The notes below the pieces were generated by a model. The model saw only the letters and a list, made by a program, of their open reading frames with translations, did no database searches and was not told the DNA's origin. From Candidatus Multivoradales bacterium (GTDB lineage Bacteria; Acidobacteriota; Thermoanaerobaculia; Multivoradales; JAHEKO01), in assembly GCA_965223155.1 (NCBI GenBank), contig CBDCVR010000015.1:480001-544000 (forward strand): a DNA stretch of 64,000 bases. Reading direction: 5' to 3'. The position numbers were made by a program, and so were the translations under genes. Shown here one piece after another: positions 36,721 through 47,131 of this stretch. Numbering within the stretch: position 1 is the stretch's first letter; each line of letters opens with the position of its first letter.

Positions 36721-37446
36721 CTACTCCGAGGACAAGAGGTCGGCGCTCGCTAGATAGAGGTCCAGCCGTGCGCGCTCGTCCGGGGTCAAGGCATCACCAT
36801 CCAGGACGAACTCCTTGCCCACCGCCGGCAGCGGCACTCGCGGATGCGACATCAAGTACTCGAGATCGTCGCAGCCGCCGCCCCCGGCGGTAAACAGCGA
36901 GACTCCCCGGCACAATCCCAGTACCTTCTGGGCGAGCTGACTCTCGACTTCGATCTCGACCGGCTCGTCGGTGTCTTCCACGGTCAGGAGATAGTCTTCG
37001 GCCAGCCGCTCCACTGAGACCCAAGCGCCGACCCTGCGCTCTTGGCGCGGAAAGCGCACCTCGTCTTCGAAGCGCGCCGGCAGCGAGCCCACCAGGACCT
37101 CGGTGACCATGGTTCCCGAGCCGGAGAAGACTACGGTCGCTTCCACCCGGTGCCAGTGGCGCTCCGCTCGCCGCACGGTGAGAAGAGCGTCTTCGAGAGT
37201 GATCGAGTTCTTGGGCGAGGACACACGCAGCGCCAGTGCGCCCGCCTGCATCGGCTCGGCGGCCCCGGTCAGATTCTCATGGGTACCTTCGAACCGATCC
37301 AAGGGGAACTCGACCTTCCCAATGGCGCCGGCCAGATCGGTCTGGGCGAAGCCGGCGAGAGCGGCGAACGACGCCACCAGCACAGCGGCGAGATACCCGA
37401 TCCGCGCGCTCCCGGCGCTGCTTGTGACTCTGTGGTTCCTACTCAT
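36721..37446 (-). CDS. Hypothetical exported protein
   Basis: Signal-peptide-like stretch YLAAVLVASFAALAGFA; beta-rich mature region with two Cys; GAGGA SD. Confidence 0.7.
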   Translation of the reverse strand: MSRNHRVTSSAGSARIGYLAAVLVASFAALAGFAQTDLAGAIGKVEFPLDRFEGTHENLTGAAEPMQAGALALRVSSPKNSITLEDALLTVRRAERHWHRVEATVVFSGSGTMVTEVLVGSLPARFEDEVRFPRQERRVGAWVSVERLAEDYLLTVEDTDEPVEIEVESQLAQKVLGLCRGVSLFTAGGGGCDDLEYLMSHPRVPLPAVGKEFVLDGDALTPDERARLDLYLASADLLSSE

Positions 37447-37531
37447 CGGATGGTCCTCTTGCGCCTCCCCCAGGGCCACCGCGGCTCTGGCTCGGACCTG
37501 GTTGGCCTCCAGTTTGGCCCCTAGTTGGGCC

Positions 37532-40129
37532 CTAGTTCGGATAGTAGCCTCGCAGTGTCCGGTTCCTCAACTTGCCGCCTTGCACCTCGAGCTCGACGGT
37601 CCGGAAGGCCTTGGGCCCAGGCGGCGCGTCCGAGCGGTAGGTCAAGAGGTACTGGGAGCGGAGTTCGGCCTCGATTTCTCGATAGACGTCCTGGAGCTCA
37701 TGGGCCCGGCGGATGAAGAACGCTCGCCCCCCGGTCTCGGTCGCGAGCAAGGCCAGCTTCCTGCGCACTCCCAGGCCGAGCGAGCCAATGTCCAAACCCA
37801 CGGTGTACACGACGATACCGCTCCGGCGAGCAAACTCGAGCGCGTCCTCGAAGGCATAGAGGCTCGCCGAGTCGTCACCGTCCGAGATCAGGATCAACGC
37901 CTTCTGGCCGCGCGCCGGCCCGAACGAGTACAGACTCGCAATCACCGCGTCGTGGAGCGCCGTCCAGCCGAGCGAGCGCAGCGACTCCAGTGCGATCCGA
38001 ACGGCTCCCAGGTCGGTGGTGGGAGGTACCAGGAGGAAGGGTTCGCGCGCGAACGCCGTCAGAAACGCCCGATCTCGGGGCCCGAGGACACTTTCGAGAA
38101 AGCCCAGGGCCGCCCGGCGGGCTTCCGGCAGGGACGTCGCCATCGACGAGGACGTGTCCAGAGCGAAGCCGACCGTTAGCGGCAGATCGCCGACGTGTTC
38201 GAGCCGATCGATAGTTTGCGGCCGACCGTCCTCGAAGACCGCGAAGTCCTCCGTCGCCAAACCGGATACCGGGCGGGCGTCCCGGTCGAGAACGGTCACC
38301 AGCATCTCCACGAGATGCACCTCCAATTCGTCGGAGAATTCGGGCTCGTGGAGAAAGCGCACCGCTTCGGTACGGCTACCGTCATCCAGAATCGCGACCA
38401 CGGTGAGGTAGGCGGTGGCATCGTCTTCGGGAACCTCGATCTCACCCTGGAGCTCGGCAGCCAGTTCTCCGCCGGCCCCCTCAGCGTCTTCACCCTCGAA
38501 CACCTCCACCAGCTCGTCGTTCACCCGGAGCTCCAGCCGGGTAAGGGACCGCGTCTCGGGCACCGCCACTTCCGCCCGAACCGAAATACGGCCGGAGACA
38601 GCTCGGTCGCCGTAGGGCTCGACGATGTGGATGGCGAAGGAGCCGGGCGCCTGGTTCAGGACCACCTCGTCCCAGGCGATCAAACGGCCGTCCCCGGCGT
38701 AGCCTTCTGCGCGAACGATCTGAACCCTCGGGAACCGAGCTAGCCGCAAGTCAGCGCGAAATGGAGGCTTGGTGCGCCGCTGCCGATCCTCACCGTCGAC
38801 CGAGAAGGTGACAGTAGTGATCTCATCGCCGCTGACAAGTGCCATCGCCTGCCAGGTGCCCAGAACGACCCGTCCATCCGAAGGGATGAGCAGGAGTCCG
38901 TTGCGCGCCGCCAGCGGCGCACGCTCGATCTCCTCGGCGCTCTCCACCACGTCGAAGCGTGCCGGCTCGTCCGGCTCGTCCGGATCGCCCGCGGTCTCCA
39001 CCGCTGCCGGCACCAGGACCCCCCGGTCGATCCTGGAGCGCCGACCGCTGACCTCGTCTTCCACCGCCAGGCGCCAGAGATAGGCTCGATTCGGCCGCAA
39101 CGCGCGCTCGAGAGCAAGGCCGAGCGGGATCTCGCGCTGGCGCGGCTCGGGGCGGTACCGGATACGGAAGCTCTCGAACCACTTCCCGTCCTGCTCGATC
39201 ACTCCCGACACGACGAGTCGATGCTCGGGCTCGCCGTCATCGCCTTCGACCGTGCCGAGCGCAATCTCTGCCGGTACCGACAGAAGGAGGCGGGTCACGA
39301 TCCGCTGACCCCGGGCCTGTGGGAAGCCGACGGTGGCAAGCGTCGCCTCCAGGCCATCGAACTCGGGCGTCTCGCTCGCAAGCGCCCGAGCCACCCAGTC
39401 GCCGAGCTCGACCGGCGCCTCCAACACTGCTAGTAGCTCTTCGTTCGTGGGCGGCTGCCGGACGCGAGACAGGCCCGCGATTCCGGTCGCCTCATCGACC
39501 CTAGCACCGTCCGGACACGCTTTGAGGTCGAATCTTCTGGCGCCGAACGGCAGCACCCGCGCCAACTCCTCTTGCTGCTCGAGCCAGTTCACCATCTCGT
39601 CGGTGTAGAGCGCTCGCTTCGAGTCGAGCGGCAACCATAATCGGTAGGGCTCTCCCGGTCGGGGCTCGAAGAACACCAACCGCTTCTCCGTAACCTCTTG
39701 CGGATACGCCCAGACCTCGAGGGGCCGGAAGGTCGTCCCGCACTCCACCTCGTACCGTTCCTGGGGTGCGCCGTATCTGAAAAACACGCGGGCGCGCTCG
39801 TCCAGCAGGGTCTCGAACCGAGTAAACACGAGTGCGCGGCGCCTGGCAATCGCCTCGACGAGCTCGTTGCCGGGAGTTTCCGGAACGGGATCCCGAGCCA
39901 GAAAGTCCTCGATCCAGCGCGAGCGCTCCTCCTCGTCGAGCGACAGCAGCCGGTCTCGGGTCGACTTGGCCACCAGGTGCCCGGGGCCATCCATGACGAA
40001 AGCCCGCTCCGGCTCCGGCCAGAGCGCGGGATCGACCGCGGCGACCACCGCCGCCGCGCCGCCGAGCACCAACGCTAGGCCGGCCGCCAGAATCGGAATC
40101 GTTCGCCCACTTCCAAACGGCGTAGTCAT
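37532..40129 (-). CDS. Exported GWxTD-like, Ig-like and VWA domain protein
   Basis: DPVPETPGNE...DERARVFFRYGAP; VWA MIDAS DTSSSM, TALHDA, ISDGDD, TGGRAF, ELRSQYLLTY; GAGGAG SD before ATG 40129. Confidence 0.85.
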   Translation of the reverse strand: MTTPFGSGRTIPILAAGLALVLGGAAAVVAAVDPALWPEPERAFVMDGPGHLVAKSTRDRLLSLDEEERSRWIEDFLARDPVPETPGNELVEAIARRRALVFTRFETLLDERARVFFRYGAPQERYEVECGTTFRPLEVWAYPQEVTEKRLVFFEPRPGEPYRLWLPLDSKRALYTDEMVNWLEQQEELARVLPFGARRFDLKACPDGARVDEATGIAGLSRVRQPPTNEELLAVLEAPVELGDWVARALASETPEFDGLEATLATVGFPQARGQRIVTRLLLSVPAEIALGTVEGDDGEPEHRLVVSGVIEQDGKWFESFRIRYRPEPRQREIPLGLALERALRPNRAYLWRLAVEDEVSGRRSRIDRGVLVPAAVETAGDPDEPDEPARFDVVESAEEIERAPLAARNGLLLIPSDGRVVLGTWQAMALVSGDEITTVTFSVDGEDRQRRTKPPFRADLRLARFPRVQIVRAEGYAGDGRLIAWDEVVLNQAPGSFAIHIVEPYGDRAVSGRISVRAEVAVPETRSLTRLELRVNDELVEVFEGEDAEGAGGELAAELQGEIEVPEDDATAYLTVVAILDDGSRTEAVRFLHEPEFSDELEVHLVEMLVTVLDRDARPVSGLATEDFAVFEDGRPQTIDRLEHVGDLPLTVGFALDTSSSMATSLPEARRAALGFLESVLGPRDRAFLTAFAREPFLLVPPTTDLGAVRIALESLRSLGWTALHDAVIASLYSFGPARGQKALILISDGDDSASLYAFEDALEFARRSGIVVYTVGLDIGSLGLGVRRKLALLATETGGRAFFIRRAHELQDVYREIEAELRSQYLLTYRSDAPPGPKAFRTVELEVQGGKLRNRTLRGYYPN

Positions 40130-40230
40130 CGCTTCTCCTCTACGAGGCCCATCGATCCTCGGATCTGCAAGCTGAAGGCCAGAGCGACTATAGTTGGTCG
40201 CCTGGAGCGAGACCCTCTCCAGCGAGGCCG

Positions 40231-41283
40231 ATGGCCGAAAAGCGCAATCAACCCATCGCAACCTGGGAAGCCGGCGATCGCGTCTCTGGCTTCGCTCTTG
40301 TCACCCGCAAGGAGCGGCGCCAGGATCGCAACGGCCGCGACTACCTGGATCTCGAGCTGGTGGACACCAGCGCCTCGGTAAGCGCCAAGATCTGGGCCGA
40401 CAGCGAGGCGATCGACGCCGAGTTCTCGGCCCATAACTTTGTCGCCTTCCGCGGCCTGGTCAAGAGCTTCCGGGACCAGGTCCAGCTCTCGATCGACAAA
40501 TGTCGGCGAGCCAGCGAGTCGGACCGGGAGCTGGGCTTCGACGAAGCGGCGCTCATACCGTCCACGCCCGAAGACGTCGATGACCTCTGGCGGCGTCTGG
40601 AGACACAGTTGAGCTCGATCCGCGGTCCCGAGCTCTCCCGGCTGGCCGCCGAGACGCTTGCCACCTACGGCGCCGAACTCAAGCAGCATCCGGCCGCCAA
40701 GGCCATCCATCACGCCTACCGCGGCGGGCTCCTGGAGCACACGACGTCGATGGCCGAGCTGGCCTCCGGCATCGCCAACCACTACCCGGAGCTTGACCGC
40801 GACCTCCTCCTCGTGGGCGTTCTGTTCCACGATCTTGGCAAGCTCGTCGAGATCGGAGCCATGCCCGCCAACGACTACACCGACGAAGGACAGCTCGTCG
40901 GCCACGTCGTCATCGGACGCGACCTCGTGCGCGAGCGGTGCGCGGCCATCCCGGACTTCCCGGCTGAGCTTCAGCTCCAACTCGAACATCTGGTGCTCTC
41001 TCATCAGGGCCGGCTGGAGTACGGCTCCCCGGTCCAACCGGCGACGGCCGAGGCGATCGCGCTCCACATGATCGACAACCTGGACTCGAAGCTGGCTCAG
41101 CTCCGCCAGGCCGCCCGGGTCGTCTCGGGCTTCCAGTACATCCGCGGCATCGGCCGCCGGATGCTCTTGCCCGAGATCGACGCCGGCGCCTCCGATCCAG
41201 CCGAGCGTGCGCCGGACTCCGCGGAATCGGAGAGCGAGTCCGACGAGGCTCCCGAAGCCCAGGCTCGGCTTGATCTCAGCTAG
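40231..41283 (+). CDS. yhaM: YhaM/Cbf1-family OB-fold HD-domain 3'-5' exonuclease
   Basis: PAAKAIHHAYRGGLLEHT, HDLGK, GQLVGHV, SHQGRLEYGSPV, IDNLDS. Confidence 0.88.
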   Translation: MAEKRNQPIATWEAGDRVSGFALVTRKERRQDRNGRDYLDLELVDTSASVSAKIWADSEAIDAEFSAHNFVAFRGLVKSFRDQVQLSIDKCRRASESDRELGFDEAALIPSTPEDVDDLWRRLETQLSSIRGPELSRLAAETLATYGAELKQHPAAKAIHHAYRGGLLEHTTSMAELASGIANHYPELDRDLLLVGVLFHDLGKLVEIGAMPANDYTDEGQLVGHVVIGRDLVRERCAAIPDFPAELQLQLEHLVLSHQGRLEYGSPVQPATAEAIALHMIDNLDSKLAQLRQAARVVSGFQYIRGIGRRMLLPEIDAGASDPAERAPDSAESESESDEAPEAQARLDLS

Positions 41284-41431
41284 CCGGCGCTTGCTGCCGA
41301 GGCTCGTCTGGAAGTCCCCGGCTTTGATCCGGCGCGCGTCAACCGATTGTGCTAGCGTCCGCGGCTCGTTCGCAATCAAGGTGTACGACCGGTTCCGCCC
41401 CGGCGGAGCCGGCGTCCGCTAGGAGGACCTC

Positions 41432-42538
41432 ATGACGTCAACCGCTGCTGCCCTGCCGATTCGTCCCACGGGAATCGCATCCCTCGGCCTCCACTTTCCG
41501 CCTCTGGCCCTGCCGGTCGAGGAGCTGGCGCCGCTCCGCGGCGCCGACCCCAAGAAGTACACCCATGGGCTGGGCTGCGACGAGATGTCGATCTGCCCGC
41601 CAGACTACGGCGTGGTCGAGCTCGCCACCGAGGCCGCCCGCCGCGCTCTCGAGCGCTGGCAAGGCGACCCGAGCCGGATCGGCATGCTGGCCGTGGGTAC
41701 CGAGACCGCGGTCGACATGAGCCGCCCGCTGTCGGCCTGGATCGCCGAGCGGTTGGGTCTCCGGGGGGCGATTCGCTCTTACGAGGTCAAGCATGCCTGC
41801 TACGGCGGCACCCTGGCGGTGCGCCAGGCAGCCGAGTGGCGCATGTCCGGCGCCGCGCAAGACAAGGCCGCGCTCGTCGTCGCCGCCGACGTGGCGCTCT
41901 ACGCACAAGGCGACCCCGGAGAGCCCACCCAGGGCGCGGGGGCCGTCGCCATGGTGATCGACGAGCCCGAGGTCGCCGCCCTCGACCCCGTCTCCCATGC
42001 TTGGAGCGAACCCGAGTTCGACTTCTGGCGGCCGGTGGGCGAAGCCTACCCAAGAGTCGACGGTGCGCTTAGCCTCGATTGCTACAAGCGAGCCGCCGAG
42101 CACTGCTTCAAAGCGCTGGTCGGCAAGAAGGATCCTGACCGTGTTCTGGGCGAGCTGGCGGCGATCTGCTTTCATGTTCCATTCCCCAAAATGGTGAAGA
42201 AGGCCGTCTACCGAGTCGGCGAGCTTTTCGGCTGGGACGGCCACCGGATCGAGGACTTCTTTCGCGACAAGGTCAACCCGACCATGCTCTGGAACCGCTT
42301 GAGCGGCAACGCTTACACCGCCAGCCTCTGGATTTCGGTCGCCAACGCGCTCAAGGGATTGGCCGCCGGCCAGCGGCTCGCGGCTTTCTCGTACGGCTCG
42401 GGGTTCGGCGCCGAGCTCCTGGTGCTCGAAGCCGGACCGGCGGCCGCCGGCGGCGCCTGGGCCGAGGACGTGGAGCGGGACCTCGCCAGCCGAACCCGGC
42501 TCGACGCCGACGCCTATACGGCGCTCAGGGGCCGATAG
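41432..42538 (+). CDS. mvaS: Hydroxymethylglutaryl-CoA synthase
   Basis: GTETAVD, EVKHACYGGT (catalytic Cys), EPTQGAGAVA, FDFWRP, FHVPF, GNAYTAS, SYGSG. Confidence 0.92.
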   Translation: MTSTAAALPIRPTGIASLGLHFPPLALPVEELAPLRGADPKKYTHGLGCDEMSICPPDYGVVELATEAARRALERWQGDPSRIGMLAVGTETAVDMSRPLSAWIAERLGLRGAIRSYEVKHACYGGTLAVRQAAEWRMSGAAQDKAALVVAADVALYAQGDPGEPTQGAGAVAMVIDEPEVAALDPVSHAWSEPEFDFWRPVGEAYPRVDGALSLDCYKRAAEHCFKALVGKKDPDRVLGELAAICFHVPFPKMVKKAVYRVGELFGWDGHRIEDFFRDKVNPTMLWNRLSGNAYTASLWISVANALKGLAAGQRLAAFSYGSGFGAELLVLEAGPAAAGGAWAEDVERDLASRTRLDADAYTALRGR

Positions 42539-42581
42539 CCGGCGGGCCGCGCTGGCCGGCCTCCGCGGCGCCAGCCCGAGG

Positions 42582-43025
42582 CTAGTGGGGCGCCAGCACC
42601 GGCGCGAAGCTCATCCGGTAGAGCATCCAGTAAATGACCACGCCGGTGATCGAGACGTAGAGCCAAATCGGAAGCGCCCAGCGGGCGATCCGGCGATGCC
42701 GGTCGAAGCGGGCGCGCAACACCTGGAACACCGTCAACCCGGCCAGAACCGGGACCAGGGCGGCCAGCACCGTGTGCGAGATCAACACAGCGAAGTAAAA
42801 CGTCCGCACCCCTCCGGTCCCTTGAAAGCGCACCGACCCAACCTGGGAGTGGTAGTAGAGATACGAGGTCAGAAACAGCATCGAGCAGACCAGCGCCGCC
42901 ACCATGGCCGCCCGGTGCGCCTTGACGTTCCGGCGCCGGATCAAGACGTACCCGGCGACCAGACAGATCGCGGCAAGCGCGTTGAGGGATGCGTTGACCG
43001 AGGGTAGAAGCGAGGGATCGAGCAT
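42582..43025 (-). CDS. DUF420 (CtaM/YozB-like) membrane protein
   Basis: NASLN, HRAAM, FLTSYLYYH, HRRIARW..PIWLYVSITGVVIY. Confidence 0.9.
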   Translation of the reverse strand: MLDPSLLPSVNASLNALAAICLVAGYVLIRRRNVKAHRAAMVAALVCSMLFLTSYLYYHSQVGSVRFQGTGGVRTFYFAVLISHTVLAALVPVLAGLTVFQVLRARFDRHRRIARWALPIWLYVSITGVVIYWMLYRMSFAPVLAPH

Positions 43026-43118
43026 GGCGCGAGTCTATTCCGTCGGCTCGACTCACGGCCAGCTTCCGCGCGGCTCGTGGTCCCGGCGTCACCCTCCGGC
43101 CCACCGGCTGCCGACCGG

Positions 43119-44030
43119 CTAGGGAACCAGCGCCGCGATCCGGACCGGCCCGCCAGAGCCTTGCGAGATCTTCATCGGCAGCGCCACCACCCACGCACCG
43201 ATCGCAGGCAACCCCTCCAGATTGGCAACGTTCTCGAGAACCGCAACGTTGGCCGCCGCCAGCACCTGGTGCGCCAAGAAAAACTGCGACGGGCCGTAAT
43301 CGATCGAGGCGGTGTCGATCCCGACCACCGCCACGCGCCGCTCTTCGGCCAGATAGCGCGCCGCCTCCTCGCTACATCCCGGGAAGTGGAGGTTCGAAGC
43401 GTCGCCCGGCGTATCGTCGCCCAAGTAAGCCAACCGATCCGGCCAGCGCGAGCTCCAGCCAGTGCGCACGAGCACGATGGTACCTTCCGCCACGTCGCCG
43501 TGCCGCGCCTCCCAAGCGCGCACGTCCTCGACCGTGAGCCGGTAGTCGAGATCCTCGGCCGCCTGCGCCGAGACGTCGATCACCGCCGCCGGACCGATGA
43601 GCCGATCGAGCGGAATCTCACCAGCCGTCCAACCACCCTCGCCGAAATGGATCGGAGCGTCCAGATGCGTGCCCCCGTGCTCCGGCGTCGCCAGAGCGTT
43701 GGCCGAATAGAAGAACCCGGCCGGAGTCGGTCCGTGATGCAGCGTCTCGAGCTCGAAGGCCGACGGCGAGGTCGGCCAGTACAGCGTGGTCTCGTCGTAG
43801 GCGTGGCTCAAATCGACGATCGTGGCGGTAGCGAGATCGAGGGCGGAAGCCGAGGCAGTCGCTCCGGCTTGATCGGCTCGATCCGGTCTAGCCGGCGAAC
43901 AGGCCAACCCGACAACCGCTACCGCCGCCACCACCACCCTCGCTGCCGAGGCACGCCCTGGAGCGCCCCAGGTTCCGCCAACCGGCACACCCGATCTCCG
44001 GATGGTCGAGATGGTAGGGATTCGCATCAT
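43119..44030 (-). CDS. Cyclase/kynurenine-formamidase-family metallohydrolase, probable lipoprotein
   Basis: EHGGTHLDAP, VRTGW, GIDTASID, LENVANL, GSGGPVR; lipobox-like GLAC; AAGGAGG SD. Confidence 0.88.
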   Translation of the reverse strand: MMRIPTISTIRRSGVPVGGTWGAPGRASAARVVVAAVAVVGLACSPARPDRADQAGATASASALDLATATIVDLSHAYDETTLYWPTSPSAFELETLHHGPTPAGFFYSANALATPEHGGTHLDAPIHFGEGGWTAGEIPLDRLIGPAAVIDVSAQAAEDLDYRLTVEDVRAWEARHGDVAEGTIVLVRTGWSSRWPDRLAYLGDDTPGDASNLHFPGCSEEAARYLAEERRVAVVGIDTASIDYGPSQFFLAHQVLAAANVAVLENVANLEGLPAIGAWVVALPMKISQGSGGPVRIAALVP

Positions 44031-44313
44031 TCTGACCTCCTTGGCTCACCCTCCGGCGCGAGACATGTCGGGCGTGAGACTCCCAATCATCTCATCGCGT
44101 CACGGAAGGCGGGTCGTGGCTAGGTGAGGAAGCCCTCCTGGAGCAAACGCTCTAGAGGCTTGCTCAAGAACTCTATGGATTGCATTGCGAGCGCCGGAGC
44201 CGGCGCGGCAACCGGCCCAGGCACCGTCGGGTAGAGTCTCTCCGCACCGTCACGTATCTCGGTTCGACGAAACCCGTTCTCCCAGACCGAGCCGCTTGCC
44301 AGGAGGTAGCACC

Positions 44314-45663
44314 ATGACACGCAACTTGCGGATCGTAGCCCTGTCGATCGCCCTAGCCGTCGTCGCGCCGGTCGTCGCACCGGGAGCGGCCGCCAGCGCC
44401 CAGGAAGGCGCCCAGCAGCCTGCCGTCGAGGTCGTGGCCGAAACGCCCGGATCCTCCGAACTGCCTGGTGCGGCCGACCCGGCCAGCGCCGAGCCCTTCG
44501 ATCCGGAGGCAGCCACCCGCGCCTACCTGGCCCGGCAAACGGACGAGGAGCAAGCCCGTTCGAACGCCTATTTTGAAGGCGGCTACTGGCTCCAGCTCTG
44601 GAACTTCCTCCTGGGCCTACTGGTGGCCTGGCTCCTTCTAGCGAAACGCCTCTCGGCGCGAATGCGGGACTTCGCCGAACGCGTCACCCGGCGCAAATCC
44701 CTCCAGGCGGCGGTCTATGCCGCCCAGTACTTGGTCCTGACCACCGTTCTCTTCTTTCCGATGACCGTCTACCAGGGCTTCTTTCGCGAGCACAAGTACG
44801 AGCTCGCAACCCAGACCTTCGGGCCGTGGCTCAAGGAGCAACTGATCGGCCTGGGGGTCGGCCTGATCTTGATGCCGCTCTTCCTCGTCGCCCTCTACGG
44901 CGTCTTCCGCAAGGCGCCGAGGACCTGGTGGCTGTGGGGCTCGGCCGTGGCCGTGGCCTTCCTCATCTTCGGCATCCTGATCGCCCCGGTCTACATCGAC
45001 CCGCTCTTCAACAAGTACGAACCCCTTGCCGACCCGGAGGTGCGCAAGCCCATCCTGTCGATGGCCCGAGCCAGCGGTATCAACGCAGACAAGGTCTACG
45101 AGTTCGACGCCTCACGCCAATCCAAGCGCATCAGCGCCAACGTCTCCGGCTTTCTCGGAACCATGCGGATCCGCTTGAACGACAATCTCCTCAAACGCTG
45201 TACCCTGCCCGAGATCGAGGCGGTGATGGGCCATGAGATAGGCCACTACGCTCTCAACCACATCTACGAGTCGATCGTCTTCTTCGGCGTCGTTCTGGTG
45301 GCCGGGTTCGCCTTCGTGCGCTGGGGGTTCGAGCGGGTGCTGGCGCGCTGGGGCGCCAACTGGGGAGTCCGCGGCATCGGCGACGTCGCCGGCCTGCCCC
45401 TCCTCGGCGCCCTGCTGTCGATCTTCTTCTTCGTACTGACGCCGATCAACAACACCTACATCCGCGTCAACGAGGCCGAGGCCGACATCTTCGGGCTCCA
45501 CGCGGCAGGCGAGCCCGAGGGGTTCGCTGAAGTCGCGCTCAAGCTGGGTGAGTACCGCAAGCTCGATCCGGGCCCCGTCGAAGAGTGGCTCTTCTTCGAC
45601 CACCCCAGCGGCCGCGCCCGCATCCAGATGGCGATGGAGTGGCGCGCCGAGCACCCCGAATAG
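44314..45663 (+). CDS. M48 family (Ste24-like) membrane metallopeptidase
   Basis: HEIGH, EAEAD, DHP; multiple TM helices; AGGAGG SD before ATG 44314. Confidence 0.92.
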   Translation: MTRNLRIVALSIALAVVAPVVAPGAAASAQEGAQQPAVEVVAETPGSSELPGAADPASAEPFDPEAATRAYLARQTDEEQARSNAYFEGGYWLQLWNFLLGLLVAWLLLAKRLSARMRDFAERVTRRKSLQAAVYAAQYLVLTTVLFFPMTVYQGFFREHKYELATQTFGPWLKEQLIGLGVGLILMPLFLVALYGVFRKAPRTWWLWGSAVAVAFLIFGILIAPVYIDPLFNKYEPLADPEVRKPILSMARASGINADKVYEFDASRQSKRISANVSGFLGTMRIRLNDNLLKRCTLPEIEAVMGHEIGHYALNHIYESIVFFGVVLVAGFAFVRWGFERVLARWGANWGVRGIGDVAGLPLLGALLSIFFFVLTPINNTYIRVNEAEADIFGLHAAGEPEGFAEVALKLGEYRKLDPGPVEEWLFFDHPSGRARIQMAMEWRAEHPE

Positions 45664-45720
45664 CGGCCCAAGAAACGACCGCACCAGCACCGTTTCGACA
45701 AGACGGCTTGTCGCGGGCCG

Positions 45721-46878
45721 TTAGGGGATGCCGTAGACCTCGACCAGACCCGGCCTTCTGCCCGGGTTGCTGACAAAGAAGAAGTCGTTGCCAACCGCGA
45801 GCTCGCGGCCGTACTCCACTCTCCCCAGCGCGGTTTCGAGCTTGTCAGCTTCCACCCAGCGTCCGCCGCGGCGTTCGAAAACGTAGACTGTGCCCGTAAA
45901 GAATGGAAACGTCTGGTCGAACGCCCGTACCAGTAGCACGCGGTTCCCCAGCGCGAGCTGAGACCCAAAGGATCCGATGTCGACGCCGTGAGACGATTGG
46001 ATCCGGGGACGCAGCACCTGCTGTTCGCGCCAACCATTTCTAGACCGGCGGTAGAGGTGAACCTGTCCGGGTGCGCGTTCGGGACACGAGGTGTCGGTAG
46101 GATCCGCCACCGCGAGTCGCCGTCCGAACTGCCCCGTCGCGCTACCCCAGGAGCACTGATCCGACGGTGCAACGAGGGTATCGCTCAGAATCCAAGCTCC
46201 CCGGCGGCGACGGAATCTCAGCAGAGCCGGCGAATCTTCCACCCGGTCCCGGAGTAGGAGCGTCCTGCGGATGAGCCAAACCGCTCCGACACCAGGAAAG
46301 GACTCTTCCAAGGGCCACTCGCCAGGACCTCGCACATGGAGGTCGGTTCCTTCGCGGCTCTCAACCGCCATCCGATTGCCACTCAGCAGCACCGCGGTGC
46401 CGTAGGGCCGCTCTCGTCCCGTCGGCGTGTCACTTACGAGCTTCCGAGTTTCGACCCATTCGCCGCCTTGCCGCTCGAAGACGTACACCGCACCCCGTCG
46501 GCCGCGGTCGATGAGCTGACGGCGGGCCGCCACCACGAGGGTCCCGCCCGAGAGCACCACCGAGCTGCCGAACCGATCGTTAGCGGAGCCATCACTGGCC
46601 GTCAGCCGGGAGTCGAGCTGCCAGCCCCTTGGGCCAAACTCGTAGACGTACACTGCACCCGAGTTGACGCCAAGATCGTCCGCCCCCGAGGCCCCTACGG
46701 CGAGTCTCGGCCCTTCTTCGGCCAGCGCGCCGCCGAAGAACTCCCCATGCGAGGCCGCGGGCCTCAACGTCTGGACGAGGGGAAAGGGATTCTCCGCTCT
46801 CGCCGCGGGAGCCTGGAAGAGAACAAGCAATCCCACACGCAGAGAAGTTACAACGAAAGATACCTGGGGAGTCGCCAT
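45721..46878 (-). CDS. FG-GAP repeat beta-propeller protein, exported
   Basis: Repeats FGGALA..LAVGA..GAVYVY, FGSSV..GAVYVF and FGSQLA..GTVYVF. Start uncertain. Confidence 0.8.
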   Translation of the reverse strand: MATPQVSFVVTSLRVGLLVLFQAPAARAENPFPLVQTLRPAASHGEFFGGALAEEGPRLAVGASGADDLGVNSGAVYVYEFGPRGWQLDSRLTASDGSANDRFGSSVVLSGGTLVVAARRQLIDRGRRGAVYVFERQGGEWVETRKLVSDTPTGRERPYGTAVLLSGNRMAVESREGTDLHVRGPGEWPLEESFPGVGAVWLIRRTLLLRDRVEDSPALLRFRRRRGAWILSDTLVAPSDQCSWGSATGQFGRRLAVADPTDTSCPERAPGQVHLYRRSRNGWREQQVLRPRIQSSHGVDIGSFGSQLALGNRVLLVRAFDQTFPFFTGTVYVFERRGGRWVEADKLETALGRVEYGRELAVGNDFFFVSNPGRRPGLVEVYGIP

Positions 46879-47131
46879 TTGCGTGATGCCAACGCGCGAT
46901 ACGAAATCGGAACGCAACCGCATCGCGGCAAAGACGGCTAACCGTCTCATTAGTGGTACGACTTGAGCCGCGAAGCGGATGGGGTCCGTCGCCAACCTCG
47001 GCTGGGGGTGGTAGGAGTCAAAGACGTACAAGCTACCTCAGTTCCCACCGAACTGAGCGCTCAGCCCGCACGATGCCTGCACGAGTCCCGGCCTGGCCGC
47101 TCCGCGCGGTTCGTCACCGCTCGACGAGGCG

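Noticed and set aside
47030-47070. tRNA-like start (GGGCTGAGCGCTCAGTTCGGT on the minus strand) and CTCAGTTC/GAACTGAG hairpin
   Set aside because: No anticodon arm, T-loop or acceptor pairing; only a simple hairpin.
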